Source of the DNA: an uncultured Chthonomonadaceae bacterium
Lineage (GTDB): Bacteria > Armatimonadota > Chthonomonadetes > Chthonomonadales > Chthonomonadaceae
Length of the DNA: 64,000 nucleotides
Reading direction: 5' to 3'
Assembly: GCA_963835065.1 (NCBI GenBank)
Contig: CAWIEK010000016.1
Coordinates: forward strand, 64,001 to 128,000
The notes beneath the pieces are model-generated. The model was not told the DNA's origin and ran no database searches. It saw nothing but the letters and a program-made list of their open reading frames with translations. This document shows positions 43,613 through 54,133 of the stretch, piece after piece (positions within the stretch are counted from its first letter, which is position 1; every line of letters starts with the position of its first letter). A program made the position numbers and the translations under genes.

Positions 43613-44305
43613 TTAAATTTCTGTCCAAACGCCGTCCGTTCCCAAAACTTCGCAGGGGTGAAAGCGGCGCTTGTAGTTCATGCTTGGGCAGTCGGCTACG
43701 TAATAGCCCAGGTAGCAGTAGGCTTTGCCCATTTGCTGCGCCAACAGCAGCGTTTGCAGAATTAAAAACGTTCCCAGGCTGCGTTCGCGGGCGTCGGGGT
43801 CGTGGTAATGGTAGATGCCCGAAACCACGTTGGGCGTAATGTCGCACAGCATCACGCCGCGCAGAATATCGCCCTCCCAAACCGAAATCTCCACGCCGGG
43901 AAGCGGCCCTTCCACAAACTGCATCGCATAATCTTCCAGGCTGCGCTCACCCTCCGGCCAGCCTTTGCGCTCGGCCTGCGCGTCGTGGTAGCGGTGGTAC
44001 AAATCAAGGTGGGCATTGTCGGCGGCAGGGAGTATATAGCGAACGGTCAGGTCAGCGTTTTGCTTCAAGGCGCGTTTCTGGCTTCTGTCCGGCGCGAAAG
44101 CGCGCGACGGGAATACGTATCGGGCGACACTCCCGGCAATCGGCGCAGACCGGATGAAACACAATGGCTCCAAATTTGCGCCAGCCCTGATTCATGCGCG
44201 TTTCGTATTCTTCGGGCGACAGCCGCGCCACGATCTCATAATCCAGCGTGGCCTGCTGCTCCGGCAGGTACATGCAGGGGTTCGGCCCTTCCGTAAAATG
44301 GTGAA
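43613..44305 (-). CDS. Arginyl-tRNA-protein transferase-like (Ate/Bpt), apparent frameshift near 44095
   Basis: PCMYLP, GWRKFG..VFHPVCADCREC; YHYHDPD..RSLGT, YLGYYV..C.SMNYK. Confidence 0.88.
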
Positions 44306-44465
44306 AAACAATCATGGTAATTTGATAATGACACAAAAATCGCGCTTTCACAAGGCGCGGCTAAACCTCCTGCGCGAAAAAAAATGCTTCTGTATAAAAG
44401 AAAGCAGGAATTTGTACGGGGGCATGGAAATTAAGGATGTAACTTGTTTGAAAGGGAGGATTGAC

Positions 44466-45056
44466 ATGACAACAACATCTCACACTGCCGCGCCGGCTCG
44501 CGTGACCGGCGCGCAACTCGCTCCGAAAGCGCTGGAAGTGGCGCATGGGTTTGCCGCCTCCGGGCTGCGCGAAGCCACCGGGCACAACGACGGGACGCAA
44601 ATTGACAAAATTGAGAAGTTTTTCGGCCTGCAGGGGGAACCGTACTGCGCGATGGGCGTGGCGTTCTGCTACATGAAAGCGTATGCATTCCTGAGCGGAA
44701 AGCCCACCGATGATGCCACGCTGCGCGCCATCTTGGAACACGACATTCCGAATTACTTCTTCCCCTCGCCGTCCTGCGGTTCCCTGATGGATCACGCCAA
44801 AGATCACGGCATCTGGAAGAAATTCACGAGCGCCTCCGGCATCCATCCGGGCGACCTCGTGCTGTTCGCGTTTAAGGAAGGCGCGACCCGCCCGCAGCAC
44901 GTCGGCATTTTCGACCATGCCGAAGACGGGCACGTTGTCTGCGTGGAATTCAACACGGGCGCGGGCGCGGAAGGCAACCAGGCCGACGGGCAGGGCTGCT
45001 TCGTGCGCAACCGCAGCGGGAGCGTGGTGTTGGGCAGCATCAGCGTGAATAAGTAG
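44466..45056 (+). CDS. CHAP-domain peptidoglycan amidase-like protein
   Basis: REATGHNDG, PYCAMGV (Cys), PGDLVLF, HVGI (His), VEFNT. Confidence 0.8.
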   Translation: MTTTSHTAAPARVTGAQLAPKALEVAHGFAASGLREATGHNDGTQIDKIEKFFGLQGEPYCAMGVAFCYMKAYAFLSGKPTDDATLRAILEHDIPNYFFPSPSCGSLMDHAKDHGIWKKFTSASGIHPGDLVLFAFKEGATRPQHVGIFDHAEDGHVVCVEFNTGAGAEGNQADGQGCFVRNRSGSVVLGSISVNK

Positions 45057-45207
45057 GTGTTCGGTGGTTGGGTGTCGGGTATCGGGTGTCGGGTGTTCTA
45101 GCAGTGGGGGAGCGGCGCATATTCCGGCAGGTTTTAATATGCCGCAAGCCTTCCCATACGAACACCCGACACCTGAAACCTGAAACCCGACACCTGAAAC
45201 CTACTTA

Positions 45208-46903
45208 TTAACGCACCGCAATGCTTTCGGGCCCCTGGAATTGTCCGGGGCCACCGCCGGCGGTTCCAAAGGCGATAAAGTTGGTTCCGGCCATATCATC
45301 TATGCGGACAACTCGAAAATTCAGGTCGTCCACAATGTAAATGCGGTTCTGAGCGTCAACAGCAATGCCTTCGGGCGAATTGAATTGCCCGACGCCGTTC
45401 CCGGAAGTGCCATAGGCGATAAAGTTGGTTCCGCTCATGTCATCTATGCGAACGATGCGGTTGTTGAATTCATCCGCAATATAGATGCGGTCTTGAGAAT
45501 CCAGCGCGATGGCGTAGGGCCGGTTAAACTGTCCCACGCCACTGCCTGCCGTGCCATAAGTGGTGATGTTAGCGCCGGTGATGTTGTCTACGCGCACTAT
45601 TCGGTTGTTGAGTGCGTCCGTGATATAAATACGGTTGCGAGAGTCCAGCGTAACGGTGTTGGGTACGTTGAATTGCCCGCTGCCGCTGCCTGTACTTCCA
45701 AACGATTGGAAGTTGCTCCCGGTCAGATCGTCAATACGCGCCACGCGATTGTTGCCGCTGTCCGCAATATAGATTTGATTCAGCGCATCCACTCCCACGC
45801 CGGAGGGTTGGTTCAATTGCCCGCTTCCACTGCCTGGCGTTCCAAACGTAGTGAAATTGGTTCCACTGATATCGTCCATACGCGCAATGCGGGCGTTGAC
45901 ATTGTCCGCGACATAGATGCGGTTCTGGCTGTCAACGGCAATCTGGCGGGGGAACTGAAATTGTCCGGGTCCGCTGCCCTGCGTTCCAAAGGCAGTGAAG
46001 CTGGTTCCCGTCATATCGTCCATGCGTACAATCGCGGTGATTGAACACATCGGTAATGTAAATAGCGGGCAGAAAGGTGAGGGAGAAACTCTGCGCGACG
46101 CCCGATTCCGGCTCTTTGACAGTGACGGTGACGGTTCCCAACTTACCCGCATTGCGCACTCCAAAGGTACTGCCCGTCTGCGCAAGGGCGGCAATGGCAC
46201 TGTCGGAAACGGTGATTTGCAGGGAATCCAAAGGATAAAGCACAAAATTGCCATCTTTATCCCGCACAGCCGGAGTACCGAAGTATTGCGCAAAACGCCC
46301 GATGGTTCGGTTACTGCCTGGTGGCACATCGAGAGGCAGCACCTGCGTGATGGTGGTTCCCATCGTCAGGCTGCTTTGCGTGGTTTGTCCGTCGGCAATG
46401 GTGAGCGGCACAGTGGCCGTTGCCTGCGCAGGCGTTTGCACGGGCAGGCTCTCGTTGGGCGTGTTCTGCGGTGGAATGTAGTCGGGGTACGCGCTTGCCG
46501 TCGCGTTGTACTGGCCGGGCGGCAGGTTGGCAAACGTCAGCGTGGTCAGCAGCGGGCCGGTGCCAGGGCGTACCGTGTCGCGCGTTGCATACAGGGTCGC
46601 ATTAACATCCGTTCCCCGTATCTGGATGCGGATCACGTTGGCAGCGGCAGGGATCAGGCGCGTACTCTTGCGGGCGGACGGCCACTTGATCGTGAACACG
46701 GCTGCGCCCTTGCCGCTCTTCTTGCTCACAGGCGGCGAACCGCCCCCGCACCCGCACAACAGCAACGACAGCAATAAAGCGATAAGTATACTGACCAGAA
46801 GTCGCGCCTCAACGGAAGACGCCCCCTGCATTTCAACAGACTGCGCCCTCCCTTTGCCTGTTTGTCTCAGCCCCAACATTCTACAACCAATTCTCAAGCG
46901 CAT
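45208..46903 (-). CDS. Lipoprotein with pilin-like N-terminal domain and NHL-repeat propeller (paralog 1), apparent frameshift near 46035
   Basis: LCGC lipobox, WP..RLIP motif; about six G.G.GQF..P..IA.D..NRIY.AD..N.RI repeats. Start uncertain. Confidence 0.85.
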
Positions 46904-47005
46904 TATCTTCTCCAGGCAAAAGCCCATAAGACAAGGAATAAGGGTTAAGGGATAAGGAAAGAAAAAAGAAGAGAATAATTCATCGTTCATCCTTGCTTTT
47001 CAACC

Positions 47006-48613
47006 TTAGCGTACTGCAACGTATTCAGGACCGTTGAACTGCCCGCTTCCGAAGGCGATGAAGCCCGTTCCCGTCATATCATCTATGCGGACAATCCGAT
47101 TGTTGTTGAAATCGGCAATGTAAATGCGGTTTTGGGCGTCGAAAGCAATGCCTACAGGAGTATTCAAGCGTCCTGCGCCGCTGCCGGAAGCGTCGTAGCT
47201 GGTAAAGTTCGTGCCGTTCATATCGTCTATACGCACAATCCGATTGTTACTGCTATCCCCGATGTAGATACGATCCAGAGCATCCACTGCCACTCCGAAC
47301 GGCGCGTTAAACTGTCCCCTGCCACTGCCGGAAGCATCGTAACTGGTAAAATTGGCGCCGGTGATGTTGTCAATGCGGACAATTCGGTTGTTAGCATAAT
47401 CCGCAATATAAATGCGATTCAGAGAATCCAGAGCGACGTCAACGGGATCGTGAAACTGTCCACTCATGCTGCCCCCGGAGCCGAATGTCTGGAAGTTAAT
47501 CCCGGTGAAATCGTCAATTCGTACCATGCGACTGTTGCTGGTATCCCCAATGTAGATGTGGTTCTGCGGGTCTACGGCGACGCCGTAGGGATTGCGAAGC
47601 TGTCCTGGCGCGCTGCCTAGCGTTCCATACGTGGTGAAATTGGTTCCACTGATGTTGTCCATGCGGACGATGCGGTTGCTGTCATTGTCCGCAACATAAA
47701 TGCGGTTCTGGCCGTCAATGGCAAGCTGTCGCGGGGTTTGGATTTGTCCGGTCCCGCTGCCGACATTTTGATACGCGGTGAAGTTGGTTCCAATCATGTC
47801 GTCCATGCGGACAAGGCGGTGGTTGTTCCTGTCGGAGATATAAATGGCGGACAGAAAGGTGAGGGAGAAACTCTGTGTTACGCCCGACTCCGGCTCTTTG
47901 ACAGTGACGGTGACGGTTCCGAGTTTACCCGCATTGCTGATGGCGAACGTTCCGCTGCCGCTGACACTGGCGATGTTGCTGTCGGATACGGTGACTTGCA
48001 GCGAACCGACAAGCACCATATTGCCGACGTTGTCTCTGGCAATCGGCGTCAGGCTAAACGGCGTAAAACGCCCGATTGTCTGGCTGCTGTTGGCCGGTAT
48101 GGCAGAAGGAAGCACCTGCGTGATGGTGGTTCCCATTGTCAGGCTGCTTTGCGTGGTCTGTCCGTCGGCAATGGTGAGCGGCACAGTGGCCGTTGCCTGC
48201 GCAGGCGTTTGCACGGGCAGGCTCTCGTTGGGCGTGTTCTGCGGTGGAATGTAGTCGGGGTACGCGCTTGCCGTCGCGTTGTACTGGCCGGGCGGCAGGT
48301 TGGCAAACGTCAGCGTGGTCAGCAGCGGGCCGGTGCCAGGGCGTACCGTGTCGCGCGTTGCATACAGGGTCGCATTAACATCCGTTCCCCGTATCTGGAT
48401 GCGGATCACGTTGGCAGCGGCAGGGATCAGGCGCGTACTCTTGCGGGCGGACGGCCACTTGATCGTGAACACGGCTGCGCCCTTGCCGCTCTTCTTGCTC
48501 ACAGGCGGCGAACCGCCCCCGCACCCGCACAACAGCAACGACACCAGCAACAGCAGCGTCAGCGGTACGCCCAAAAACAGTCGCGCCCGCATGTAAATTG
48601 TACAAAGACGCAT
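47006..48613 (-). CDS. Lipoprotein with pilin-like N-terminal domain and NHL-repeat propeller (paralog 2)
   Basis: LCGC lipobox, WPSARKSTRLIP, NHL repeats; 48111-48543 is near-identical to 46338-46770. Confidence 0.88.
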   Translation of the reverse strand: MRLCTIYMRARLFLGVPLTLLLLVSLLLCGCGGGSPPVSKKSGKGAAVFTIKWPSARKSTRLIPAAANVIRIQIRGTDVNATLYATRDTVRPGTGPLLTTLTFANLPPGQYNATASAYPDYIPPQNTPNESLPVQTPAQATATVPLTIADGQTTQSSLTMGTTITQVLPSAIPANSSQTIGRFTPFSLTPIARDNVGNMVLVGSLQVTVSDSNIASVSGSGTFAISNAGKLGTVTVTVKEPESGVTQSFSLTFLSAIYISDRNNHRLVRMDDMIGTNFTAYQNVGSGTGQIQTPRQLAIDGQNRIYVADNDSNRIVRMDNISGTNFTTYGTLGSAPGQLRNPYGVAVDPQNHIYIGDTSNSRMVRIDDFTGINFQTFGSGGSMSGQFHDPVDVALDSLNRIYIADYANNRIVRIDNITGANFTSYDASGSGRGQFNAPFGVAVDALDRIYIGDSSNNRIVRIDDMNGTNFTSYDASGSGAGRLNTPVGIAFDAQNRIYIADFNNNRIVRIDDMTGTGFIAFGSGQFNGPEYVAVR

Positions 48614-48673
48614 GATCTCCTCCAGAAAGCTGCTTTAGAAAAAAAGAGACAGAAAAAAGAGCAAAACAACGCC

Positions 48674-49122
48674 AAAAACGTGAACCTTTTGCCCAACTGG
48701 CGCTGTCTAAACAGTAATACAAACGTCTACTATACAGAGACGAAGGTTGAACGTTGGTAGTTCCTATCAACTATCAACTATCAACTATCAACTCAGGAAG
48801 GGAGGTGCCAGTCCTATGTTTCACCCCTCCCGTTCGCCTTGATGCTGCTGAGGCCACGACGCCTCACTCCTACAACCTGACACAACGAGACATCGGGCTG
48901 GAAGCGCTGCATTGCCAAGATTTCGACGATGACTCTACATACTCTTTTTCTACCTGAGAGCCTCTCCCAACAGGCGCAGCATTTGCGTCTTGCGGACGCG
49001 GCAATCTTCCTACAGAGTTGCGTCCGCAGGACGCTTGTACTTTCCTGCCGGGGATTGAAAATCCCCGGCCAACAGGTGTACTTCCTGCCGGGAATTTCAA
49101 TCACCAACCACCAGCCACCAAT
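48674..49122. repeat. Composite repeat block: ~275 bp element copy 2 + CGTC element copy 2 + heptamer tail
   Basis: 48674-48953 matches 3116-3390; ~48963-49070 matches 40818-40927. Confidence 0.88.
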
Positions 49123-49123
49123 C

Positions 49124-50257
49124 CTAGTTCACGTTGATACTCGCGTTGCCGCCCAGCACCTGTATGGTTGCGTCGGCATGTTGCGTACTGTCAAATTTGC
49201 TCGAGACGCGCACATGAAACGTGCCGCGCGCAGTCGGCGGCGTATAAAGGCCGCCGTATCGGCCTGTAGAGGGATCGCTCAAAACTTGCGTAATGGTTCC
49301 TCCGTCAGCGCTCCATGTCACGCCTCCAGCGCTGCCGGCGGCGTCGCCTTGCAGCTGTACCGCAAAGTTAATCTGGGGCGGGGGGTTGGGGGGCGAATAT
49401 ACCGGAGTGGTCGCAGATGTTGGACTCAAGGTAATACCTGGAACCACGTGAACCAATCCCGTGATACTAAAAGTCGGATCACTGCTGTTGGTGGAGAGTG
49501 TTAGCAGCGCAGTAATGGTAACATCCCCGGCATGAACAGGAACGAGAGTAGCCACATTATGGAGCGTGGTGACATTGACAGCATCACTGCCGGACGGGGT
49601 GAAGGTAAAAGCGCCATCCGCTACCGGAACCACGCTCGTGCCTGCCGCGTCGCTATACGCGGCTGCCGTGACACTCCCGTTGCTTCCCCCCACAACCAGG
49701 CCCGGCTGGTTCGAAAATGATTTAATTTGGACAATGTTGGTTTGCGGCGTAATGGAGAACTTTGTGTCCATGTCTGCCTGGATTGTCTTTTTAAGTTGGG
49801 CCTGCAGCGTCACCGGGGAGTTACCGTCGTATTCCGTTACAAACACCATTGTATCCCCCGTAGGCAGTACAAAGGTGTGGGCAGGATTTTGCCGGGTCAC
49901 GCTGAACATTTGCTGACCGCCCTGTGAGTCCTGAACGGCAATATCAATGTGGGTGGCATTGACCGGGATCAAGCGCCCGCCGGACGCCCCTGCTTGTTTG
50001 GAGGCGGCGCTGCTGCCGACGCCAACGGAGGGTTGGTAAGCGGGCCAATTCACCACCACTTGCAGCCTGCCGGTTTGCCGCGTGGAACTGGCGGCAGAGT
50101 TCGCGCCCCCGCCGCAGCCGCTCACAAGCGTCATCGGCAGCAGCAGCAGTCCGCAGCGCGGCAAAATGGAAGCGCGGGAACGGCGAACGCGGCGGAACCT
50201 GCCCGCAGGGATGGAAGGCAAAAACCGGGCAGACGAAAGAACAGCATTGAAGTTCAT
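49124..50257 (-). CDS. Ig-like lipoprotein (candidate stalk/minor pilin)
   Basis: VSGC lipobox, TGRLQVVVNWP...GGRLIP, GLYTPP Ig motif, C-terminus GGNASINVN. Start uncertain. Confidence 0.8.
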   Translation of the reverse strand: MNFNAVLSSARFLPSIPAGRFRRVRRSRASILPRCGLLLLPMTLVSGCGGGANSAASSTRQTGRLQVVVNWPAYQPSVGVGSSAASKQAGASGGRLIPVNATHIDIAVQDSQGGQQMFSVTRQNPAHTFVLPTGDTMVFVTEYDGNSPVTLQAQLKKTIQADMDTKFSITPQTNIVQIKSFSNQPGLVVGGSNGSVTAAAYSDAAGTSVVPVADGAFTFTPSGSDAVNVTTLHNVATLVPVHAGDVTITALLTLSTNSSDPTFSITGLVHVVPGITLSPTSATTPVYSPPNPPPQINFAVQLQGDAAGSAGGVTWSADGGTITQVLSDPSTGRYGGLYTPPTARGTFHVRVSSKFDSTQHADATIQVLGGNASINVN

Positions 50258-50536
50258 GGCGATCAGGACACCCTTCCGGCATTGACATGCCCACAAACAT
50301 TTCGGAAGACAAAAAATCGCAGGACGAAAAAAAGAGGGAACCGGAAAATAATTCACCTGTATTTTATACCGTTTTCCTCGTTTTTACGCTATAATGGAAA
50401 AAATTATTTTCTGATGTCTACCCAATGCCTCCTGTTTTTTACTGCGTCGTTGCGGTTTTTGACGCAGTACGACAGTTTTGACCCATTTCCGCACTGCTTT
50501 CGCCCTCCCATCCATCCGGCGAGGCTGGAGAACAAG

Positions 50537-51598
50537 ATGCGCCCTGCGTTTCGACTTCTGCTTTTGTTAAACATGATTTGCTTCGGCGTCGCAGCGCTGT
50601 CGGGCTGCACCAACGACACCAGTTCGTCCGCCGGGCTTGTGACCCGCGCCGTCACCTTTCGAATCCAGTGGGGAGCCACGCCTTCCCTTGATCAGACCGG
50701 TCCGGCTGGCGTTCTGACCGCTCCCTCGCAAGCGCGTTCCGCCTCGCTGAAGTTGCTGCAAGCCAACCCCGATCTTTCGGATCTCACTTTTTCCGCCGAG
50801 CGCGACCTGACGCCGGCGACGCTGAATCAAACCCCCCCACAAAATTATCAGGTTCCTTCGGCTGTTCGGGTCGGGTCGCTGGTGTTGGTTGCCACTTTCT
50901 ACGAAAAGCCTGACCCCACCGCGCCCGGCAATACGCCCATCGGCATGCTGACCACCACGCATACCGTGATGGCAAACACGTCCAACACCATTGTCATCAA
51001 TACGATCAATCCGCCTGCCAGCATTGTAATCGCGAAAAACCAGAGCGTCCTTGCCAATGGCAAGCCGAACGCGCTGATGTTCACCCCATTTAATATGGAC
51101 GGTGAACCCGCTCCCCTGAACCTGCTTTCGGATGCGGTCAATATCGCGGTCACGGCGGGCAATGGCTATCTGAGCGTGGACTCGAACAATATGATTTTAG
51201 GGCTGTCTTCCGGCGTCGCCACCGTGGTTGTCACCGTGACAACCACGACGGCATCGGGGAAAGTTCCCTTGTCCAGTACGCCTGAACTCGTGACGGTCAA
51301 CCCGAACATTGTCGTCAGCATTGACCCGCCGCCCGGACCGATTCCCGTGAAAATCGGCACTTACCAGTTCACAGCCCACGTAACCACAGTGGATAAAACC
51401 CCTCCCTCCAAAACCAATGTGACCTGGTCGGTGCAAGGGGGATCGCTCGGCACGATTGACCTGAATTCCGGCTTGTATACGGCCCCGGCCACAGCGGGCA
51501 AATATACTGTCATCGCCACAAGCCAGGCCGATACGGGGCAGACCGCAACGGCAGCCATTACAGTCGAGGGAGGAAGCGGCAATGTCATCATTCAGTAA
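50537..51598 (+). CDS. Ig-like lipoprotein (candidate anchor pilin)
   Basis: LSGC lipobox, AVTFRIQWG, no R-x-IP motif, VTWSV..GTID..SGLYTAP, C-terminus GGSGNVIIQ. Confidence 0.8.
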   Translation: MRPAFRLLLLLNMICFGVAALSGCTNDTSSSAGLVTRAVTFRIQWGATPSLDQTGPAGVLTAPSQARSASLKLLQANPDLSDLTFSAERDLTPATLNQTPPQNYQVPSAVRVGSLVLVATFYEKPDPTAPGNTPIGMLTTTHTVMANTSNTIVINTINPPASIVIAKNQSVLANGKPNALMFTPFNMDGEPAPLNLLSDAVNIAVTAGNGYLSVDSNNMILGLSSGVATVVVTVTTTTASGKVPLSSTPELVTVNPNIVVSIDPPPGPIPVKIGTYQFTAHVTTVDKTPPSKTNVTWSVQGGSLGTIDLNSGLYTAPATAGKYTVIATSQADTGQTATAAITVEGGSGNVIIQ

Positions 51599-53189
51599 AA
51601 CACTCAGGGCGCTGGGGCTTTTCCTTCCGGCCCTGCTGGCGCTTGCTCTGCTGGCGCTGTCAGGCTGTGGCGGGGGTGGGGGAGTCGGCGTCAAAAACAC
51701 GAAGGGCAGCGGCAAAGTGACCTTTACCGTGACCTGGCCGCAAACGGGAGCCGACAGAAACACCCGCGTGATCCCCATAGACACCCAGAGCATTGTCGTT
51801 TCGCTGAAGACAACCGGCAGTTCGCCGGTGGAGGTTGGAAACGTCGCAATCACAAGGCCGGCGCAGGGCTATTCCACAACCACCACTACCTCGCTGAGCG
51901 ATTTGCCGGCAGGAAAACTGGACGTCACCGTGAAAGCCTATGCGGCAGCCAAGCCGCAGCCGGATGCGGTTCCCCTGGCTGTCAATGCGCCCTTTCAAAT
52001 TGAAATCACCGCCAATGCCAGCAAAGACATTCCGATTACTCTGAACAGTACGGTCACGGAAGTGGATATCAACGCGGTTGCGTCCGCCTCCTTAATCCCC
52101 GGCCAGACCCTCCAACTGAGCGCCACCGCCTACGATAAAAGCGGCGGCGGCAGCAGCATTGTTCCGGTCGGTTCCTTTGCCTGGTCTTCCAGTAACTCCA
52201 ACGTCGTTACCATAGACGCCGCCACCGGGCTTGCCACCGCCGTCGGCCTGGGACAAGCCACCATCACCGTTACCGAAAGCGCTTCGGGGCAAACCAATCC
52301 GCTGACCCTGACAATCACGACGGGCGACATTTTCAGTATCGCCATTCACGGCGCTTCGCCCCTGCGGTTGTCCGCGAACCAGGCGGTCACTCTCACCGCG
52401 GACGTCCTTGACAAGAACAAGTATCCCATTCAGCTGAATAACCTGCAATGGAGTTCCGACACGCCGGGCGTGGTGGACGTTCAAAGCGATACCAGCACGA
52501 CAAATACGCATAGCATCCGAGGACTGAATCCGGGAACCGCCCGCATTACGGTGTCCGTCACGACGGGAACGGGAGTACACAACAGCCTGCCCCTGGTCAT
52601 CAACGTCGGACCGGGCGGACTGGCAACATTGTCCATTGCCCCTGCCGCGCCAAATCAGTCCGGCACTATCAATGCCAATACCAATCTCACCTTAACGGCA
52701 ACAGGGGCGGACGCGGGCGGCAATCCGGTCGTCCTGTCACCGGGCAATCTGACCTGGGATTCTACCAATAAGAGCGTGGCGACGGTGACAACAGATGCCA
52801 ACGGCAATGGAGTGGTTCATGCGCTGCTGAAAGGGCAAACCAATATCACGGTGACGGAAACGAGTTCCCAGATTACATCAAAGAACCCGTTTACGGTAAC
52901 GGTGCGCCTGGTGGTCAGCGTCAATCCCATTGCGGCCATTACTTTCGGCCAAACGGTTCAATGCAAGGCTGTGGTGACGGGAAGCAGCGTACAGGACGTA
53001 ACGTGGGCGCTGCAGCCGGGGTCGCTTGGAACCATTAACGCCACTACCGGCGTGTACCAGGCTCCGAGTACGCCGACGAGTTCCGTAACCTACTATGTGA
53101 TCGCAACGAGCAAGGACGATCCCAATCAAAAATCTGATCCTGCGCCAATCGTCGTGCAGGGGGGAACAGGCACAATTACGGTTCAGTAA
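51582..53189 (+). CDS. Big_2 Ig-repeat lipoprotein (candidate stalk pilin)
   Basis: LSGC lipobox, GSGKVTFTVTWP...TRVIP, WSSSNSNVVTID Big_2 repeats, C-terminus GGTGTITVQ. Confidence 0.85.
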   Translation: MSSFSKTLRALGLFLPALLALALLALSGCGGGGGVGVKNTKGSGKVTFTVTWPQTGADRNTRVIPIDTQSIVVSLKTTGSSPVEVGNVAITRPAQGYSTTTTTSLSDLPAGKLDVTVKAYAAAKPQPDAVPLAVNAPFQIEITANASKDIPITLNSTVTEVDINAVASASLIPGQTLQLSATAYDKSGGGSSIVPVGSFAWSSSNSNVVTIDAATGLATAVGLGQATITVTESASGQTNPLTLTITTGDIFSIAIHGASPLRLSANQAVTLTADVLDKNKYPIQLNNLQWSSDTPGVVDVQSDTSTTNTHSIRGLNPGTARITVSVTTGTGVHNSLPLVINVGPGGLATLSIAPAAPNQSGTINANTNLTLTATGADAGGNPVVLSPGNLTWDSTNKSVATVTTDANGNGVVHALLKGQTNITVTETSSQITSKNPFTVTVRLVVSVNPIAAITFGQTVQCKAVVTGSSVQDVTWALQPGSLGTINATTGVYQAPSTPTSSVTYYVIATSKDDPNQKSDPAPIVVQGGTGTITVQ

Positions 53190-53204
53190 ACAAAGGAGCC
53201 ACAC

Positions 53205-53888
53205 GTGAAGTTTTCGCATGGAGCCGCTCCCCTGCTGCTGCTGACGGCAGGGGTGACTTCGATTTCTCCAGCACGGGCGCAATTCGCAGGCTTCACCGGC
53301 AATGCGCGCTACGATGCTTCCGCAAAACAGGGCGCGGTTCCTTATGGCTCCCTTTCCATCTACCCGGTCGCCATTTTTGCAACCGCGGGACGCAACATCG
53401 TCAGTAACGCCAACGGCAATGATGTTTCGGGCGCGGTTTCCGTAGGTGGTACGCTGATTTCGGGCGACGTGGGCGTGAAACTGCCCCGCTCGCGCAGCGC
53501 GCTGGAACTCGGCGGCTGGTATTGGGCCAATGGCGACACAGGACTGTATCAGGCGCAGGGACGTTTTTTCTTCACGCCGCAATTGGGCGTACAGCTGGCC
53601 TATCTCGGCGCGACGCGGGTAGCCGGGAGCGCCTACAGCGGCTTTGTGGTCTACGATCTGACGTCGCGGCAGTTTGCGCGCCGCTTACGTCCGCGCTGGT
53701 CTGCGGAACTCGGTCTGGGGCTGCTGCGCGATACGAGCGGCGGGCAGGACACGACGGATTTCTCGCTGTTCCTGTCAGCCTCGGTGGAAATCGCCCCGCG
53801 CATCAGTATCAACGCCAGCCAATGGTTCTTGCGCGACCGCTCCTCCGACCTGAACCGCTTCGCGCTAGGCGTCGGCTTTTCGTTTTAG
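53205..53888 (+). CDS. Putative outer-membrane beta-barrel protein
   Basis: Signal peptide ending ARA/Q, amphipathic strands, C-terminal ALGVGFSF (BAM-type Phe). Confidence 0.7.
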   Translation: MKFSHGAAPLLLLTAGVTSISPARAQFAGFTGNARYDASAKQGAVPYGSLSIYPVAIFATAGRNIVSNANGNDVSGAVSVGGTLISGDVGVKLPRSRSALELGGWYWANGDTGLYQAQGRFFFTPQLGVQLAYLGATRVAGSAYSGFVVYDLTSRQFARRLRPRWSAELGLGLLRDTSGGQDTTDFSLFLSASVEIAPRISINASQWFLRDRSSDLNRFALGVGFSF

Positions 53889-53893
53889 ATTCA

Positions 53894-54073
53894 ATACCGT
53901 TCAAATAAGACGCTACTCACCTCAAAAAAGTTTGTAGGGGCACAACATGTTGTGCCCTCTTCCGGCGGTGTTGTGCCCTCTTCCGGCGGTGTTGTGCCCT
54001 CTTCCGGTATTGCGGCGGGAGGGCACGGCTTGGAAGCGCGGGCACAACATGTTGTGCCCCTACAAACTTTTTT
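53894..54073. repeat. REPIN-like GTAG REP dimer with internal 21 bp tandem repeats
   Basis: ATACCGTTCAAATAA...GTAGGGGCACAACATGTTGTGCCC, (TGTTGTGCCCTCTTCCGGCGG) about three times, then GGGCACAACATGTTGTGCCCCTAC. Confidence 0.85.
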
Positions 54074-54133
54074 GATTGATATTGGTTTCAGAGTTGGTTT
54101 GTGTATGGAATTTGGAAAGAAGGAGAGGTCAGG

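Noticed and set aside
53935..54063. Palindromic repeats as a mini-CRISPR
   Set aside because: Copies are inverted pairs with a GTAG tag dispersed across the window, so they are REP/REPIN-type.
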